Shown one piece after another: positions 1 through 13,100 of a stretch of DNA of 64,000 nucleotides. The notes under the pieces were generated by a model, which worked only from the letters and a program-made list of their open reading frames with translations, ran no database searches and was not told the origin of the DNA. The stretch's first letter is position 1. The number at the start of each line of letters is the position of its first letter. The stretch spans positions 7,639,386-7,703,385 of the forward strand of contig MU055574.1 in the NCBI GenBank assembly GCA_013239625.1, written 5' to 3'. Source of the stretch: Lama guanicoe (taxonomy: Eukaryota). The translations under genes and the position numbers were made by a program.

Positions 1-770
1 AAACCTAATCCATAATTGCCATAAAGTCCCTCCTGTAATCATTTTCCTCATTTCACAAATGCAGCAGCAAGGGTGCCTTTGTGGGATTCTGCGAACAAGA
101 GACAACATCTCTGTGACCTTGACAGTTTCCCTTTTCAAATCATTATCTAATTGCCAGCAACCAGTAAATATAAGCAAAAAATAAAAAGGTCTAAAACACT
201 GTTAGAAAGTGGAGCTTGAGTTAATCAGCAAATTGGAAAAAATGTTGTCACTTGCCATCAAATGCTGTCTGTCAACATGAAAAAAAAAATCCCGATAAAG
301 AGAGAATTCAAACAGTCCTTCTACAATAAGCTACTGTATGGCTCACAGGTCTGGGTCATTCACAGCTCCCGGAAATAGCTGCATGTTGGCCAAACGCTCT
401 TATTTTCTGTGTTCTCACGGGCTTTCAGGACTTGTGCAAATTGTTTTCCAAGCACCATCCGGCCATAATGACCAGGTTACCACTGATAATTATGCTTGCC
501 TGTCTATAGGTTTGTCAGCTAAAGAAATCCACAGACGGCTGTCATAATGAGCAGAAATCTACTTCTGGCACAGCTGCACNNNNNNNNNNNNNNNNNNNNN
601 NNNNNNNNNNNNNNNNNNNNNNNNNNNNNNNNNNNNNNNNNNNNNNNNNNNNNNNNNNNNNNNNNNNNNNNNNNNNNNNNNNNNNNNNNNNNNNNNNNNN
701 NNNNNNNNNNNNNNNNNNNNNNNNNNNTTGTTGAAGATTCCGTGCTGTAAACACCTAATCATGGGCTTTT
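1..770. promoter_or_regulatory. Candidate conserved enhancer-like element surrounding N block 1
   Basis: Repeat-free and motif-dense: TAATCC at 6-11, TGACCTTGA (reverse TCAAGGTCA, ERR/NR5A site) at 114-122 overlapping TGACAG, CCGGAAAT (ETS) at 369-376, CAGCTG at 571-576, TGTAAACA (forkhead) at 746-753. Conservation is inferred, not measured. Confidence 0.45.
580..727. other. N block 1 (148 nt; assembly gap or masked sequence)
   Basis: Run of N seen directly; both flanks are unique sequence. Confidence 0.99.
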
Positions 771-1299
771 TTTTTTTATATATATTATAGCTCCAGGTTT
801 AATTTTAGGTCAGATGTGTCCCTTCCAAGCCCAGAGCCTCCCTTGTGCCAAGGCCTGCGGATGGGAGGGAGAGCTGAGCGTCAGGCCTAGGGAGGAAGGG
901 GGTCGCCCCTCTAGAAGGGGATCTCAGCCTGGGCTGGGGCAACACCCTGACTCCACAGCTATGCTCAGGACCAGGAGCCAGCCAATGGCATGTCCAGGGT
1001 GACCAAACCCAAGGGACGGAACCTGGTGGCCAGCACATGGCACAGAGCGTCAAGTGCCTTGCCTGATATATCATCTCATTTATACTCAGAGATTCCCCTT
1101 CCTCACTTTGAAATGTTAATTCCTTTCTTTCAAGGGGAGTTCTAAGTACATTATGCAGCCCACACTATCACAAGGGCAGCTGTTGCTTCTGCCTGATCCC
1201 ATCAGATCCCTGCTCCAATGTCACTTCCATCCATACTTTCCCCTCTCCTGACCCAATTCAGACACACACACATTCACACACACATGTGCTAGGAAGGTT

Positions 1300-1632
1300 G
1301 ACGTATATCTGTCCCCCACACTAGGACAGAAGCTTTTCAGGGGAGGCAATATTGTTTTGCTTATTCCGTGTAGCCCCAACACCTTAAATAGTGCCTAGAA
1401 AACAGCAGGTGATTGATTAATATTTGCTCAAAATGAGTGCCCCTTTACTTCCACTGTTACTGACAACCTCCCGCCTTCTGTGCCGGCCTCTGTGGACACC
1501 CTCATCGTGGTACTGAGGTTGTTTACATCTGCCTTTCTCATAAAACCAGAGCCCCTGCAGTGGAAACTGTGCTGAGCACCTAGCACATAACAGGTGCTCA
1601 AAAAAACATCTGCTGAATGTTGTTAAATGAAT
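1300..1632 (+). mobile_element. L2 LINE 3'-end fragments
   Basis: L2 tail-like motifs such as gtgcctagaaaacagcagg and cctagcacataacaggtgctcaaaaaaacatctgctgaatg...aatgaatc. Confidence 0.6.
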
Positions 1633-4600
1633 CATCCGGGAGTGCCTGCTTCGGGGCCAGGGATCACGTAGACACTGCAGAAAAGAGCAAGGAGTAAAAT
1701 GCAGCTTCTGTCTGTAATTTTTTTTTCTTTTACTGCTACTACAACTTTTGGTCACTACTAGAAAAGTCTGCGGCATTTTCTCAGCCAACGGCATCCGCTC
1801 AAAGGCAAGGCAATGAGACTTAATCCACATACACTTATCAAAACAAGGACCAGAGAAAGAATTTTTTTTAAAGGAAGTTGAAAATAAAATGTTTACTGCT
1901 GTCCTGCTAAGCAAGAAGCTGAGGTAATATCCTTTTGAAAGTCACTGAAAGGGAAGAATTCTAACCAAAATCAAATTCTTCGTTTTGGCTAAGCTTCACA
2001 ATAGGGAAAGTGTAAACATTTTTTCCTGTCCTTACAAGTCCCCCTCAGACCTTTTAATTTTTCTGAACTGTAAAAGGGATAAGAAAAACTCTGAGCCACA
2101 ATTATGCTTAAATATATATATGCTTAAATTCGTGATTCCCACTAATGTTAAGAAGAACGAAGGGGATAAAAATTTAAATGACTTCCCGATGTGAAGGAAG
2201 TAAATTTATAGTACTTACCACCTGCTTCAAGATTTTTTTTCAATTACTTATATGTACACTCATATCACAAAGTTCCACCAGCTACCCATTACTGTCTCTA
2301 CTAACCCTGGTGGAAAGCCTGAGTCCTAACAAATTTTGCAACTTGTCTAAGTAATAAACAGACTTTTAAAAATGAGGTGAATCCTCCTGATACCTAGATG
2401 CTTCATTTAACTATGGGAAAAATAAAAGAGAAACAGAAGTTAAGTCAACCACCATTTCATAGAAGACTTGGACTGATTTTCAAGGAAGTTAAAAATCTAC
2501 TTAGCTGGTACATGCCTCAGATCACTACTGAAAAACACCCCAACAGAGTCACATACCAAGTGACAAATGAAAGCAGTACAAACAGCATATTCAAATGCTG
2601 AAGGGCCTTCACAAAGGAAGATGATGGTTGGAATAACAAAGCCTCTTTGCTTCTGTACGTTTGGAAATAAACATGATCATTGTTGTATTTTATTATGAAG
2701 CAGCGAAGTCTTTCCCTGTTCACTGACAGATCGATTAGAATGGCCTTCCCCAGTGTTAATACTCACATGATCGATCAGTAAGAAGCAATTTACTAATAAT
2801 GGTGAGCTCTAATAAATGTATTACAGGCTTGAGATGAATACACCATAGTTTCTGCATAGAAAAAAAATAAATAAAAGGAAGGCCTTTTAAAAATAAAAGA
2901 CCTAAGGCAATAAAATTTGATGAGCTATGAGCAACATGACCAGCCTACCAAAATAAATCTATTGCTTCTTGGAAGTGCCCTTGGATAAAGTAGAATAGCA
3001 CCACACAATGAGCAGGAATTTGTAAAAGACACACACACACACATTTTGCAGTTGTGCTGATGCTAAAATTTTAATATTCCAAAAACCAGAAGATCTGTTT
3101 TGGCTTTCTTTCCAAGTCATCAATAAATGCTCTTGAAATGAGTCCTTTTCCTCTGAACAACTTTATGTCATCTTAGGTTCCAAGCTGTCAGCCCCACACT
3201 TTCAAATTATAAATAGATAAAATTCAGTGTATGGAACTTCTATTTAGAAAAGAATTCCATTTCAAAGTGGAATCCTAGGAAAGAAATGGGAAGTAAGCAG
3301 ACCAGACAGTGTGACAGCCTTACTGGAGATTACAGTTTGGTCCACCTGCAAGAGCAGATGGTTATTCTGGACAGCTGCAGGAAGGTGGGGGAAGAGTTGA
3401 GAGCTACTGAGCTCTGCAATGATTAAAACCAACAACGACAACAATGAAACAGCATTTAGATTTTACTATGTTAGTTGAAAGTTTTCCCAGGAAATTTTAG
3501 GTTTATAAATTGAAGGAAGCACATCAGACCAGCAATCTCTACAAGACTCCGTTATCAGCATTTCATACCTGAATCTTTCTAGCCCTACGTTCTCCTTTCC
3601 CACTATACAAATCCCCATAACAGAGACGAAACACTAATAATTGAAACATGTGTTTGACTAACATAATTACAAGAAAGCATGAAACAAATTTATTGTACTA
3701 GAGTCCAGATGTGAAAGAACAGTGCCACTTCTTCCTCAATTTTAATACTTTCAACAGTTAAAAAAAATACATCGAATAATAGATCTGCTACTGTAGCAAA
3801 TGAAATGCATAAAAGTGGCAAAAACAGATTTGATTCTATTTTTCTTATAAATTCTCTGTCTCATAGCTCCATATATAATGTATCACAAAACTTAATATGA
3901 AACCACAGATAGTGGAACTATACATATAAATAAACTCTTAATTCTAGTAGTTTGGGTTTCTTTAATATAAATTCCAAATACAGGCCAAATCTTTTCCTCA
4001 GCCTTGTCAATGTTCCTGACATTAACACATACACTATTTTTATTTTAAAACCTAAGATCTTTTTGGAAATTCTGAATTAACTTCTTTAGGTTATTAATGG
4101 CTAATAATAGTTACTATGCATAAAAGCTTTTCTAAAATATTGCTTTCTGGAAAATCAAAAAGCAGATAAGACATAATATTACAAAATATTTCTAAAGAAT
4201 AGTGCCTGGAAAATATCAAGTTATGAATCCTTCTACAGATTTAATTGAGTTCTTAGAAGTAAAGAGGAAATAAAAATCAATTGAAAAAGTCTTTCCCCAA
4301 AGAGGTCAAATGCAACGGTAAATGTCATGCCATATTTAAAGTAGATGAAAAATATCAAATCAAGGTTTTCATAATACTTGGATCTATCTTCATCTAACTG
4401 TGCTTTTACATGTTACACATTTTGAGGGCCTGCAATTTATCAAATTCTGGGACAAGTACTAGGATCTTATTAGGAATAAGATGCATATCTTTCTATGGAA
4501 AAGCTCACATTCCACTGAGCACTGATTCAAGGAATATTTATAGTCCATAGGTCCCTAAAACACATTTATAAGCAAAATCTTTATTTAAATCTCATCCTTT

Positions 4601-6569
4601 TTATTTTATGTAGCTTTTGTTCCAGTATGGAAAAATGTTTATACTGCTATTAATGAAGATTGTATTAAAAGGATATATATGTGTTGGCAATTTTCAAATT
4701 AAAAGTACATGATTTACCGTTGGCTCTTCCATTGGAAAGACTACCCAGTAGCAGGCAGACCAGTGGAAGGGCTGTAGGGGATCCCTTCCTCTCTGCTACC
4801 TGCACTAAGGATGTCCCTCTTTTGCCTCCCTCTCCCCCGAGTCCTGCAGCCTGAAACTAGAACCAACCTCCACTGGCTTTCTCCCCCGCTCTCCAGGCTA
4901 CAAGAGTGTCAGCAGGAGCCGCCCCAATCTCTTTAACCAAGAACTCTAAGAGTAGACAAGAAATCAGGAGTAGGAGAGATCCTGCCCCAACAAGAGCAGA
5001 AAGAGCTATGTTCTCCAGTATCACTCAGAACGCATTTTTGCAGAGAAGCTGACACCCTGGTATGTAACTCCTTAATCATTACTAACACTTCAAGTGCGTT
5101 ACAGGTCAACTCAGCTTTTGTGACTCAGCAAAGAAAAATAAATTCTACCCAAGAAAATAAAATAGTTTACAAGTTGAGGATTATATATGCATAAAGAGGA
5201 GCAAAGAAACTGGAATCTTTGCACATGACACTTGTTTATCCAGGAGTGGTTTTGAGCACCTAGTAACTTCTAGGCATCTACATTTGCTATTATACAGGTC
5301 AATCAAATGCCTTTATTCTGTTCTCTATTGCCTTTTCTTTTTAAGATTGCCTCTTTTGGAATTACAACCTTCAGTTCAATCCACCCCCCAAAAATACTAA
5401 ATACAAGGAGGGGAAAGTTCGCTGCACACAATCTGTCACTCACAAGGGTGGCACCTGATCATGTCTCTCAGTGTTTTCCTTTTCCTGAAGGCCCGAATCC
5501 CAAAAGAACAAATTCAGCCAATTCCATTACAAACTGCAGTTACCTCCTGATGGCCTGCAACACCCATCCAAGTTATCAATTCTCACCTCACATAATAAAT
5601 ATACATATATATGTGCCAGAGCTTGGAACTGAAAAATAGACTCTTCAAGTAGTTTCCTCCAGCAAGAGTTTAATTATAGTCTATTTGGTTTTGGTTTTTG
5701 TTGTGGTGGGTTTTTATTCCCTAATAAGAAAATAAACATCTTGACAGTCACTATTGCTCTGGGAAAACCAAATCTCTGAATGATTCCAGGTATCTAATAT
5801 GCTACCATTTTTATAATACAAGACAGATTTGGGGCTGCTATATACAACCCATGACTTCAAACTTTGTTTTTCTATTATGTTTCCAGTTGCTTATTCAGTT
5901 AGGATGTGGGATGGTGCACATTAATGCTGCCAGGAGCACTGTAAGAAAATGCTGAGTGAAAAACATAAAAATCCTAATTTCATTGAAAATTACCCCCAAA
6001 ACACATGAGAGTTACACTACTAACTAGTGAGGATCTCAGATTATCGAACTGAGAAGAGCAGAAATAGAAAAACTTTTAAACACTAGTGTTACCATTCTCT
6101 TCCTCTTTCACTGGCTTCAAAGTCCCTGAATAATTAATTAACACAGTAATGCTTAATAAATGCATACAAACCTGCCACCTCTCTTCTCTTGCAGTTTAAT
6201 TAGATGACTGACTTCAGGCGTTCTAGAAATCACAACGACAATTTAATCACTTCTGTGATGTGCACACTTAGAAGATTTATAAACAGGACTAGAGCAGCCC
6301 AGCGCATGGGAAAGAGGCACACCAAGTGAGATGAGCACAACCCGGGCAGGTGACAGAGACAGACGATTTCTGTAAGAGACCTGAACCAGAAGGGGCTTCT
6401 CATGCTTCAGGAAACAACTACTCTATTGCCTTACGACGAATTAGGCACAACCTGCACAGGCTTCCTGATCACCTTAACTGTCCTTACCAGCAAGGAGTTA
6501 GACCTCCCGTATTTTTTTGTGTGTCAGTTGGGCCATTGAGACTTCTTAGGAAGGTCTCCTCTTGCAATA

Positions 6570-6760
6570 AAAGGGCACAGACCTTTGAGAGTCAGACATT
6601 GGTTCAAATCCTTCTTCTGCCATTGGCCACCGGTGACCTCAACAAAGGTAACCTCTCTCGACTTCAGTTTCTTTCATGTGTAAAGTGAGAAAAAAAAACC
6701 TAGTTTTCAGGGCTGTGATGGAACTTAAATCAGATGGACAGTATGGTGCATTAGTTAAGA
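6570..6760 (+). mobile_element. MIR SINE
   Basis: ggttcaaatcc...gtgacctc...cttcagtttctttcatgtgtaaagtgag matches the MIR core. Confidence 0.75.
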
Positions 6761-6789
6761 GGCATACTCTGCCTCTCATTACTTCTAGC

Positions 6790-7295
6790 ACCTTAAGCAC
6801 ATTATTGATTTTCCTTTTGCCTCAGTTTCCTCACCTAGAAGGTGGAGATAATAACAGTAACTGCCTCAAAAGCCTGTTGGAGAACTAAATAACTTAATCC
6901 TGTTGGCCCTCCACATCTGTGGGTTCAACATCCGGGGATTCAACCAACGGAGGACTGCAAATAGGAAAAAAAAAAATTCCAGAAAGTTCCAAAAAGCAAC
7001 ACTTGGATTTGCTGCACACTGGCAATGATTTACATGGCATTCACATTGTATTTACAACTATTTGCTTAACATTTACAATGTAGTGGGTATTATAAGTAAT
7101 CTAGGGGTGATTTAAAGTATAAAGGAGGATTTGTGTAGGATATATGCCAATACGATGCCATTTTATATAAGGAACTTAAGCATTCATAAATGTTGTCTCC
7201 ACAGGGGTCCTGGAACCAATTCCCCAGGGACACTGAGGGGTGACTGTATGCATAAAGCACTCCAGCCTGGCACAGAGGAAGTTAGCTATTAATAA
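6790..7295 (+). mobile_element. MIR SINE split by a MER2-family insertion
   Basis: gcctcagtttcctcacctagaaggtggagataataacagta... up to 6899, then the MIR resumes at 7247 (tatgcataaagcactccagcctggcacagagg). Confidence 0.7.
6900..7246 (-). mobile_element. MER2/MER2B (TcMar-Tigger) DNA transposon
   Basis: Termini ctgttggccctccacatctgtgggttc and ggggtcctggaaccaattccccagggacactgaggggtgactg followed by TA; internal ttataagtaatctaggggtgatttaaagtata. Confidence 0.85.
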
Positions 7296-8299
7296 GTCAC
7301 CGAGCATAATCACTGGCACGCACTTCCTTTCCCCCACACCCCAGTCACAGATATTTCTAGCAATAAACAGTTCCTGAAATTCCATCTCTGCCATGAAGCT
7401 TTCTTTCAGAATTAGGTAAGAGCTAACTCCTTCATTATCTTTGTCCAGTGCATGTGTATCCATATCAAAGCACCTGTCTTTAATGTTAAGTCTCTAGACT
7501 ATAACTATTTAGTCTGGAAGGTGATCTTCGTAAGGCACCTGTAGCCTTAAGAATCTATATAAGCTATCAGTTAATTAGAAAACATGTGGACGCTCTCAAA
7601 CGCAATGTGTATTTTGATGTTAATGATGAAGAGGAGAATTACTGGCAGGACTGATATGTAAAGCTGTGCAAAGGGCTTTCTCCTTATCTTTAAGGTAAGT
7701 CTCTCCCTTAATTGATTTGACCGTATCAGAATATCATTTTACCCCAAAGTGCAAGGAGATGCAGCCCAATACGGCTAATTATCCCTTTCTGTTAAAAAAT
7801 GAATTGTCTTTCCCTTGAACTATCTTTATAAAAAGTGGGGGGGGGGATAAAAATCTGGCTACAATTTTTTTGATGGGGATTTTTAGCTCTCTTCTTTGCC
7901 CCCATGGTAAACTGGAAAATGGGAAAGATGCAAGGTGGGGAAAGAGGAGGTCCAGTGGATTCTGAGAAATCTTAGGTAGGGATAAACTGACTCCAGTATT
8001 CCTAACCAGCTCTAGTAAGCGTGGTGTTAGTACTGTTCTAATAAAAACAAGTGGATGTGTGCCTTGGTGTGAATATTTACTTCAATCAAGATACATTTAA
8101 TTAGAAAGCATCATTATGTCAGGAAACAAACACTCTACTCTTTTGCTGTTATGTATTTTCATTTGTCTTCTCTTAAACTTTGCTTGCTATTAAAATTCAA
8201 GCTTTATGTTAGTAACATAAAAGAAAGGCTCCAGCCAAAACTAATGACTACTACACATTAGTGAGGATTCCTTAATTTATAAGTCAGACAATCTATATA

Positions 8300-8600
8300 C
8301 TGCAGCAGTTTTTATTAACTGTCACTGGTGTTTATCACTACGGCATCCAAGCTGCTGTACATTTGGTCAAAGATAAAACAAATATCTGGCTTTATCTGCC
8401 TTCTACACGCCAGTTGTTATCATCGCAGATTGACTGCAACAGATACGCTTTTGAAATACAGAACCTGAACACAGCATCTCTGATTCTTCCTCCACCCACT
8501 TCTGGGACAGCTTTGGTCAGCAACAGCTGCAGCTGATACATTACTCTACTTGTGTAAGAATGTGGCATAAATACAGAGATTAGATGACATAAAGCTGTGA
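8300..8600. promoter_or_regulatory. Candidate enhancer with GATA/E-box cluster
   Basis: WGATAR sites at 8332-8337, 8371-8376, 8392-8397 and 8417-8422; CAGTTG at 8411-8416; tandem CAGCTG at 8524-8535; repeat-free. Confidence 0.4.
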
Positions 8601-9945
8601 ATACTGGACATAGCTCTTATAGTCTTCCTGAGCTAGTCAGGGGAAAAAAAATAAGATACGTGATGAAAGAATTTGTATGTGCCATCAGTTACTTAGAAAA
8701 CATGTGGACAAAAACCTGCCTTCAGTAATTAATACATTAATAGTGGAGGCGTAGCATGTAAGAGTTGGAATGCACCCTTAGTGGTTTCAAGACAATAAAA
8801 ATTCCAATAGGAACGCATTTGAAATTTTGTGCTAGGTCACTTATGTCTGTATATGTTCTTATTTTTAAAAAGAAAAAGAACCTCCAACAGTCTCAGGGTC
8901 ACCCATCTGAATAACCCAACGTCAAATCTTACATATTATCATTTTATACCTCTAATTGGCACAGGTCAGCAACAGAAAGGAAACATGCCTATAATCTTAA
9001 AACTAGAAAGACATCACATTGCAGGACTGCTGTGTCAGTAATTTTCGTCCTCAAGAGTTACACAATGCTCAAACAACAGTAATCCTACGGAGCTACAGTT
9101 CACTTAACTTCACAGTCCGGCTGATGACTGATGGAGGGTCAAGAGGGTAGCAGACTTTGGGTGCACAACACTTCAGTCCTTTATCAAAGATGGCGAGAGG
9201 CCATGCACTACAATAATGGAACAAATACTTCCTTCTGCCCTACAGTCCATTCCTTCTTCTGATAGGCTAAAGCTTTTAGCCCACGGTTCGCAAAAACAAA
9301 AATGTTATATCACTAGCAAAACACATTTTAAAAAGCAGCCATGTAATTCCTGGGCCAAGTGAAATGTCTGTATCCTTATGGTAGTTAATAACCAGGTGTA
9401 TCCCTCTGCCTCCTTACGCTAAAACATCCACTAAAAAGTCCACAAAGGGATTTCTGAAACTTAACTTCATCACCTTTTGCACAACTGCTTCATCGAGGCA
9501 CACGCCCAGCAGTAAAGGCAATTAAACCTTTCAGTATGTGTACGAGGAATATATAGAATGTTCTCATCAGAACATTTAATACATGGGAAACCATACTATT
9601 ATTTCCATTTATTTGAAGTTAAAAATTATCAGGTCATTGTTATAAATTAATTCAGAGTCAAAGGGCTATATCCATTTTGAAAGAAAATGAGATAGAATAT
9701 TAATCCAAATTGTTTGGAATTCTGGTAAACTGGATTTGTCATGGTAATTGAGAGTTAATCAAAAACACTTTAATGCCTACTGTAGAAAAATCTTATTTTT
9801 TCATAATTGATAAGAACACTTTATTGCCTCTATAAATATAGTATTTTCTCCTTTTTGGTGTGATTCTGAACATCTGTCCAAAATGATAGAATGATATAGA
9901 TTTAAGTAAGGTAGAATATTTGAATAGATATTGAAAACCCCATAT

Positions 9946-10165
9946 CAGTGGTTCTCAGGCAGGAATAAGTTTGCTCTCTCGGGAACCTGTGGCAATGTCT
10001 GGAGACACTTTTGATTGTCAAGACGAGGAATAGGGGATACGATTGGTGACTCCTGGGTTGCAGCCAGGGATGCTGCTACACGTCCAATAATGTACAAAAC
10101 AGCCGAGCCACAACAAAGCATTGTCCAGACTCAAGTGTCAGCAGTACCAAGGTTGAGAAAACTTG
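9946..10165 (+). mobile_element. MER20 (hAT-Charlie) DNA transposon, near full length
   Basis: cagtggttctca...ggcaatgtctggagacacttttgattgtca...gccagggatgctgcta...ccaaggttgagaaa follows the MER20 consensus. Confidence 0.9.
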
Positions 10166-13100
10166 TTCTGGATGTTGCTTCAAAACAAAATGTCACTGTT
10201 ACCTACCTCTTCTCTGAAAAATAAAGTGAATGTCTTCCAAAAAATTGTATTATGGTTAATCAAAATTTTAATGCATAAAAACAAATGTATTTATTTGAAA
10301 AACATATTGTATCAACTATATACAAATTTTTTACTCAGAGTAGAAAATGATTTCATAAAAATAATGTATTCAAATATAACATTAGAATCAATTCAATCTC
10401 TACCCATTAGCATGCATGAAACAGTTCTTCCAATTTTAGTTTGTTCTCAACGTTTTTAAAATTCTGAAGCAGTATACTGAATTTTCTCTGATCATTTGAT
10501 TTTTAATATGACAAACAGGACCACCAAGATGAGGAGAAAATCAAACTTTTAAAGCTGTATTTAATCTTGGAGCCACAAGAAAAGTAAAATATATTGTGTA
10601 AAAACTAGCATTTTAAAATGTACACTTGAATCAACTCACAATCAGAAGACTTAAGTCAAACTAAGTTTTAGATAGGGTATGTTAGTAATACTACTTACTA
10701 ACGTCAAGTTGATAAACACAGTGACCCAACAACAGGTGTGTGCTCATACTACTGTCCTAACAGCTTAACGTGTATTCACACTACTCATCTTGTATCGCAT
10801 GTGACTGACCATTCATTGACTTCCTTCCTAGCAAAAAGGATAGACTGACAAACTCTCCCCCAGAACACTGATCTGAAATGACCCTTCAAAGAAAGGAATG
10901 CAACCTTCACTCAGAAGCCAGGAAGAGACAGGGGATGCTTACAACCGTCCAGCCGCAGTGGCAAGGCCAGCCCAGAACAGCTGCGGGGTAGTGCCTGAGG
11001 ATCACAGAAGGAGGTCCCCCGGATCCCCATCAATACCACAACCCCCCAGTCTGAGGCAACATGTGACCCTCTGCTCCTTCGGGATTCAGCACCAAGGTTA
11101 CTACAAATGTAAACATTTGTACACAACAGAGGAGGACCACGTCCTGGAAGGACATTAACACCCAAGGAGTTGGGCTCCTCTGAGCTCTCTGTGCCCCTCA
11201 CTGGCCACAGTTCCCATTTCTATAAAATAAAGGTTGTTGTGAGGATTGAGAGAAAGAAATGTACTCTGTAAACTGCGAAGCACTGTAAAACACGTGGGTT
11301 TGTGTCTAGGAAGGGCTCCCATAGCACCACACCTTTCTTCTGTTCCTCCATGTGCATCCTCTGCTCTAACCACCCCTCCCCGTCCTTTTCTCTTCCTCTC
11401 CAGAGACGTATCATGAAACTCAACCAACGTCCATCAAACAGAGACTGAAACAGTGTAAGAGATGGCACATTTCATCACTACAACACAGAACTGTATTTCC
11501 TCTTTTAATCTAGACTGAGTGCAAAAACTGCCCTAGCTGCAAAAAGAGCTTGCCCAATTTTCACCTGGCTAGAAATGAGGAACCAAGACAACAAACATGA
11601 CAATTTAACTCCAGAACCTGCACTCTTAACCACTACCAAGATCAGCCTCTCATTTTAAGAATAAAGTTACATATAAAACCAAGTGTCAGTTTTTGTAAAG
11701 TGAGCCTCACAGTGTGCAGATGACCCGATCAGCACACGATACAAACAGAATGAATCTTTTCCTTTCATAACCTCTCCATCACCTCTTTTCCCTGACAGGC
11801 TCACAATCGTAGTCAGAATGCCAGTAGCAGGACCAGTGAAACCATCATTTAGCCCAGGACAAGGTCTCATCAGTGAACCACATATTCTTAAGCTCAAGCA
11901 GAAAGTAGCTTCTCCACCGAGACAGTCACAATCATCTCTGATACGGCAGTAATGAATTACTGGAATGTTTGCTGGGATAACGTGAAAACATAACAACAAT
12001 GATAATAATAATATGCACTTATTCACAATACCGCCCAGCTTACAGAATGCTTCCACACACAGTATCTTATGAGCTCTGATTAGCCAGCCGAGAGGGTAAG
12101 AGAAGATCTGAAGGAGAAAGGCAAGTCAAGTGTCAAAATAACCAAGGAGAGAACCACTGTCTTAACCTCTCAAGGTTCTTGTTTACTCCATGGACAAAAA
12201 GTGCAATTTTGGAGCTCTAAAGAGCCAGAAAAGAACACGTATTTTGCGATTTACAGATAATTTTGAAAATTCTTATTATCTTTTTTAAGGAAAATAATAA
12301 AACAAAGGTTATAAAAGTAATTCTATCTGTATCTTTATATTGTAAGTTAAATCCTAAAAATACAAAATTTACCTTATGGAACACACTACCGTGAATCAAT
12401 TCAGAAATTAAAATCACCGAAATACCTATTTTGAAAGTAAAATTGTATGTCTACATGAGCACCCTTTTTAGCCCCTGCATTTTGATCTCTTATCGTCCTA
12501 ATTACTACCACCTCTTGAATGAGTACAAGTGACTACCTTGCCAGGAATGATTTACCTTTGCCTGTCTCCTCTCAGGCCTCTGATAGGATTTTGTACACAG
12601 TAGGAACTCAACTAAGGCATGACTTTGCTAAGTGGTGATGGAAAATAGGCATTAGCCCACTACTATAATATACATGGCCTTTAGAATATATATTGTTGAA
12701 AGCACACAGACAAGCAACCCGAAACTCAGCTGAAATGCAACCCTGAGCAAAAACGAACCACAGATTTAATGATACTGCAACAAAAATGCTCCTTTTGAAT
12801 GTGACAGCTCCCAGTCCTTCAGGCCCAGGGTTACAGGCAGGGAGCAGTCCTCTGAATCTACTGCGGTATCTTCTGAATCACTGCCATTACCCGAGAAAAC
12901 CCCAGGAAGTGGTTTGATTGAGTAGCTGGACCAGTGCGTAGGTATCAGCTGATGTGTCTCACACATACACACAAGTCGGTAACAATGGGGACATTGTGAC
13001 ACCAGGAATAACCTTCTCTTATCTTCAGCAGTCTGGGAAATCATTTCTAACCCAGTGAGTCTATAACTTGGGAACAAGTCAAATGGTTAATTATTCACTG

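Noticed and set aside
580-727. N blocks as exactly masked internal coding exons or retroposed small RNAs
   Set aside because: The edges lack paired AG/GT on either strand and show no TSD or poly(A) tail.
542-762. ORFs spanning N blocks (also 19351-19751 and 25450-26064)
   Set aside because: They are open only because N codons contain no stops.
2213-2310. Possible 88-nt minus-strand exon (donor GTG|GTAAGT at 2219)
   Set aside because: The acceptor tract is short and there is no other support; such pseudo-exons are common in long introns.
9265-9576. Small inverted repeats (ggctaaa-gct-tttagcc; aatgttct-catc-agaacatt)
   Set aside because: Stems of 7-8 bp are expected by chance in 64 kb and are too short for pre-miRNAs.
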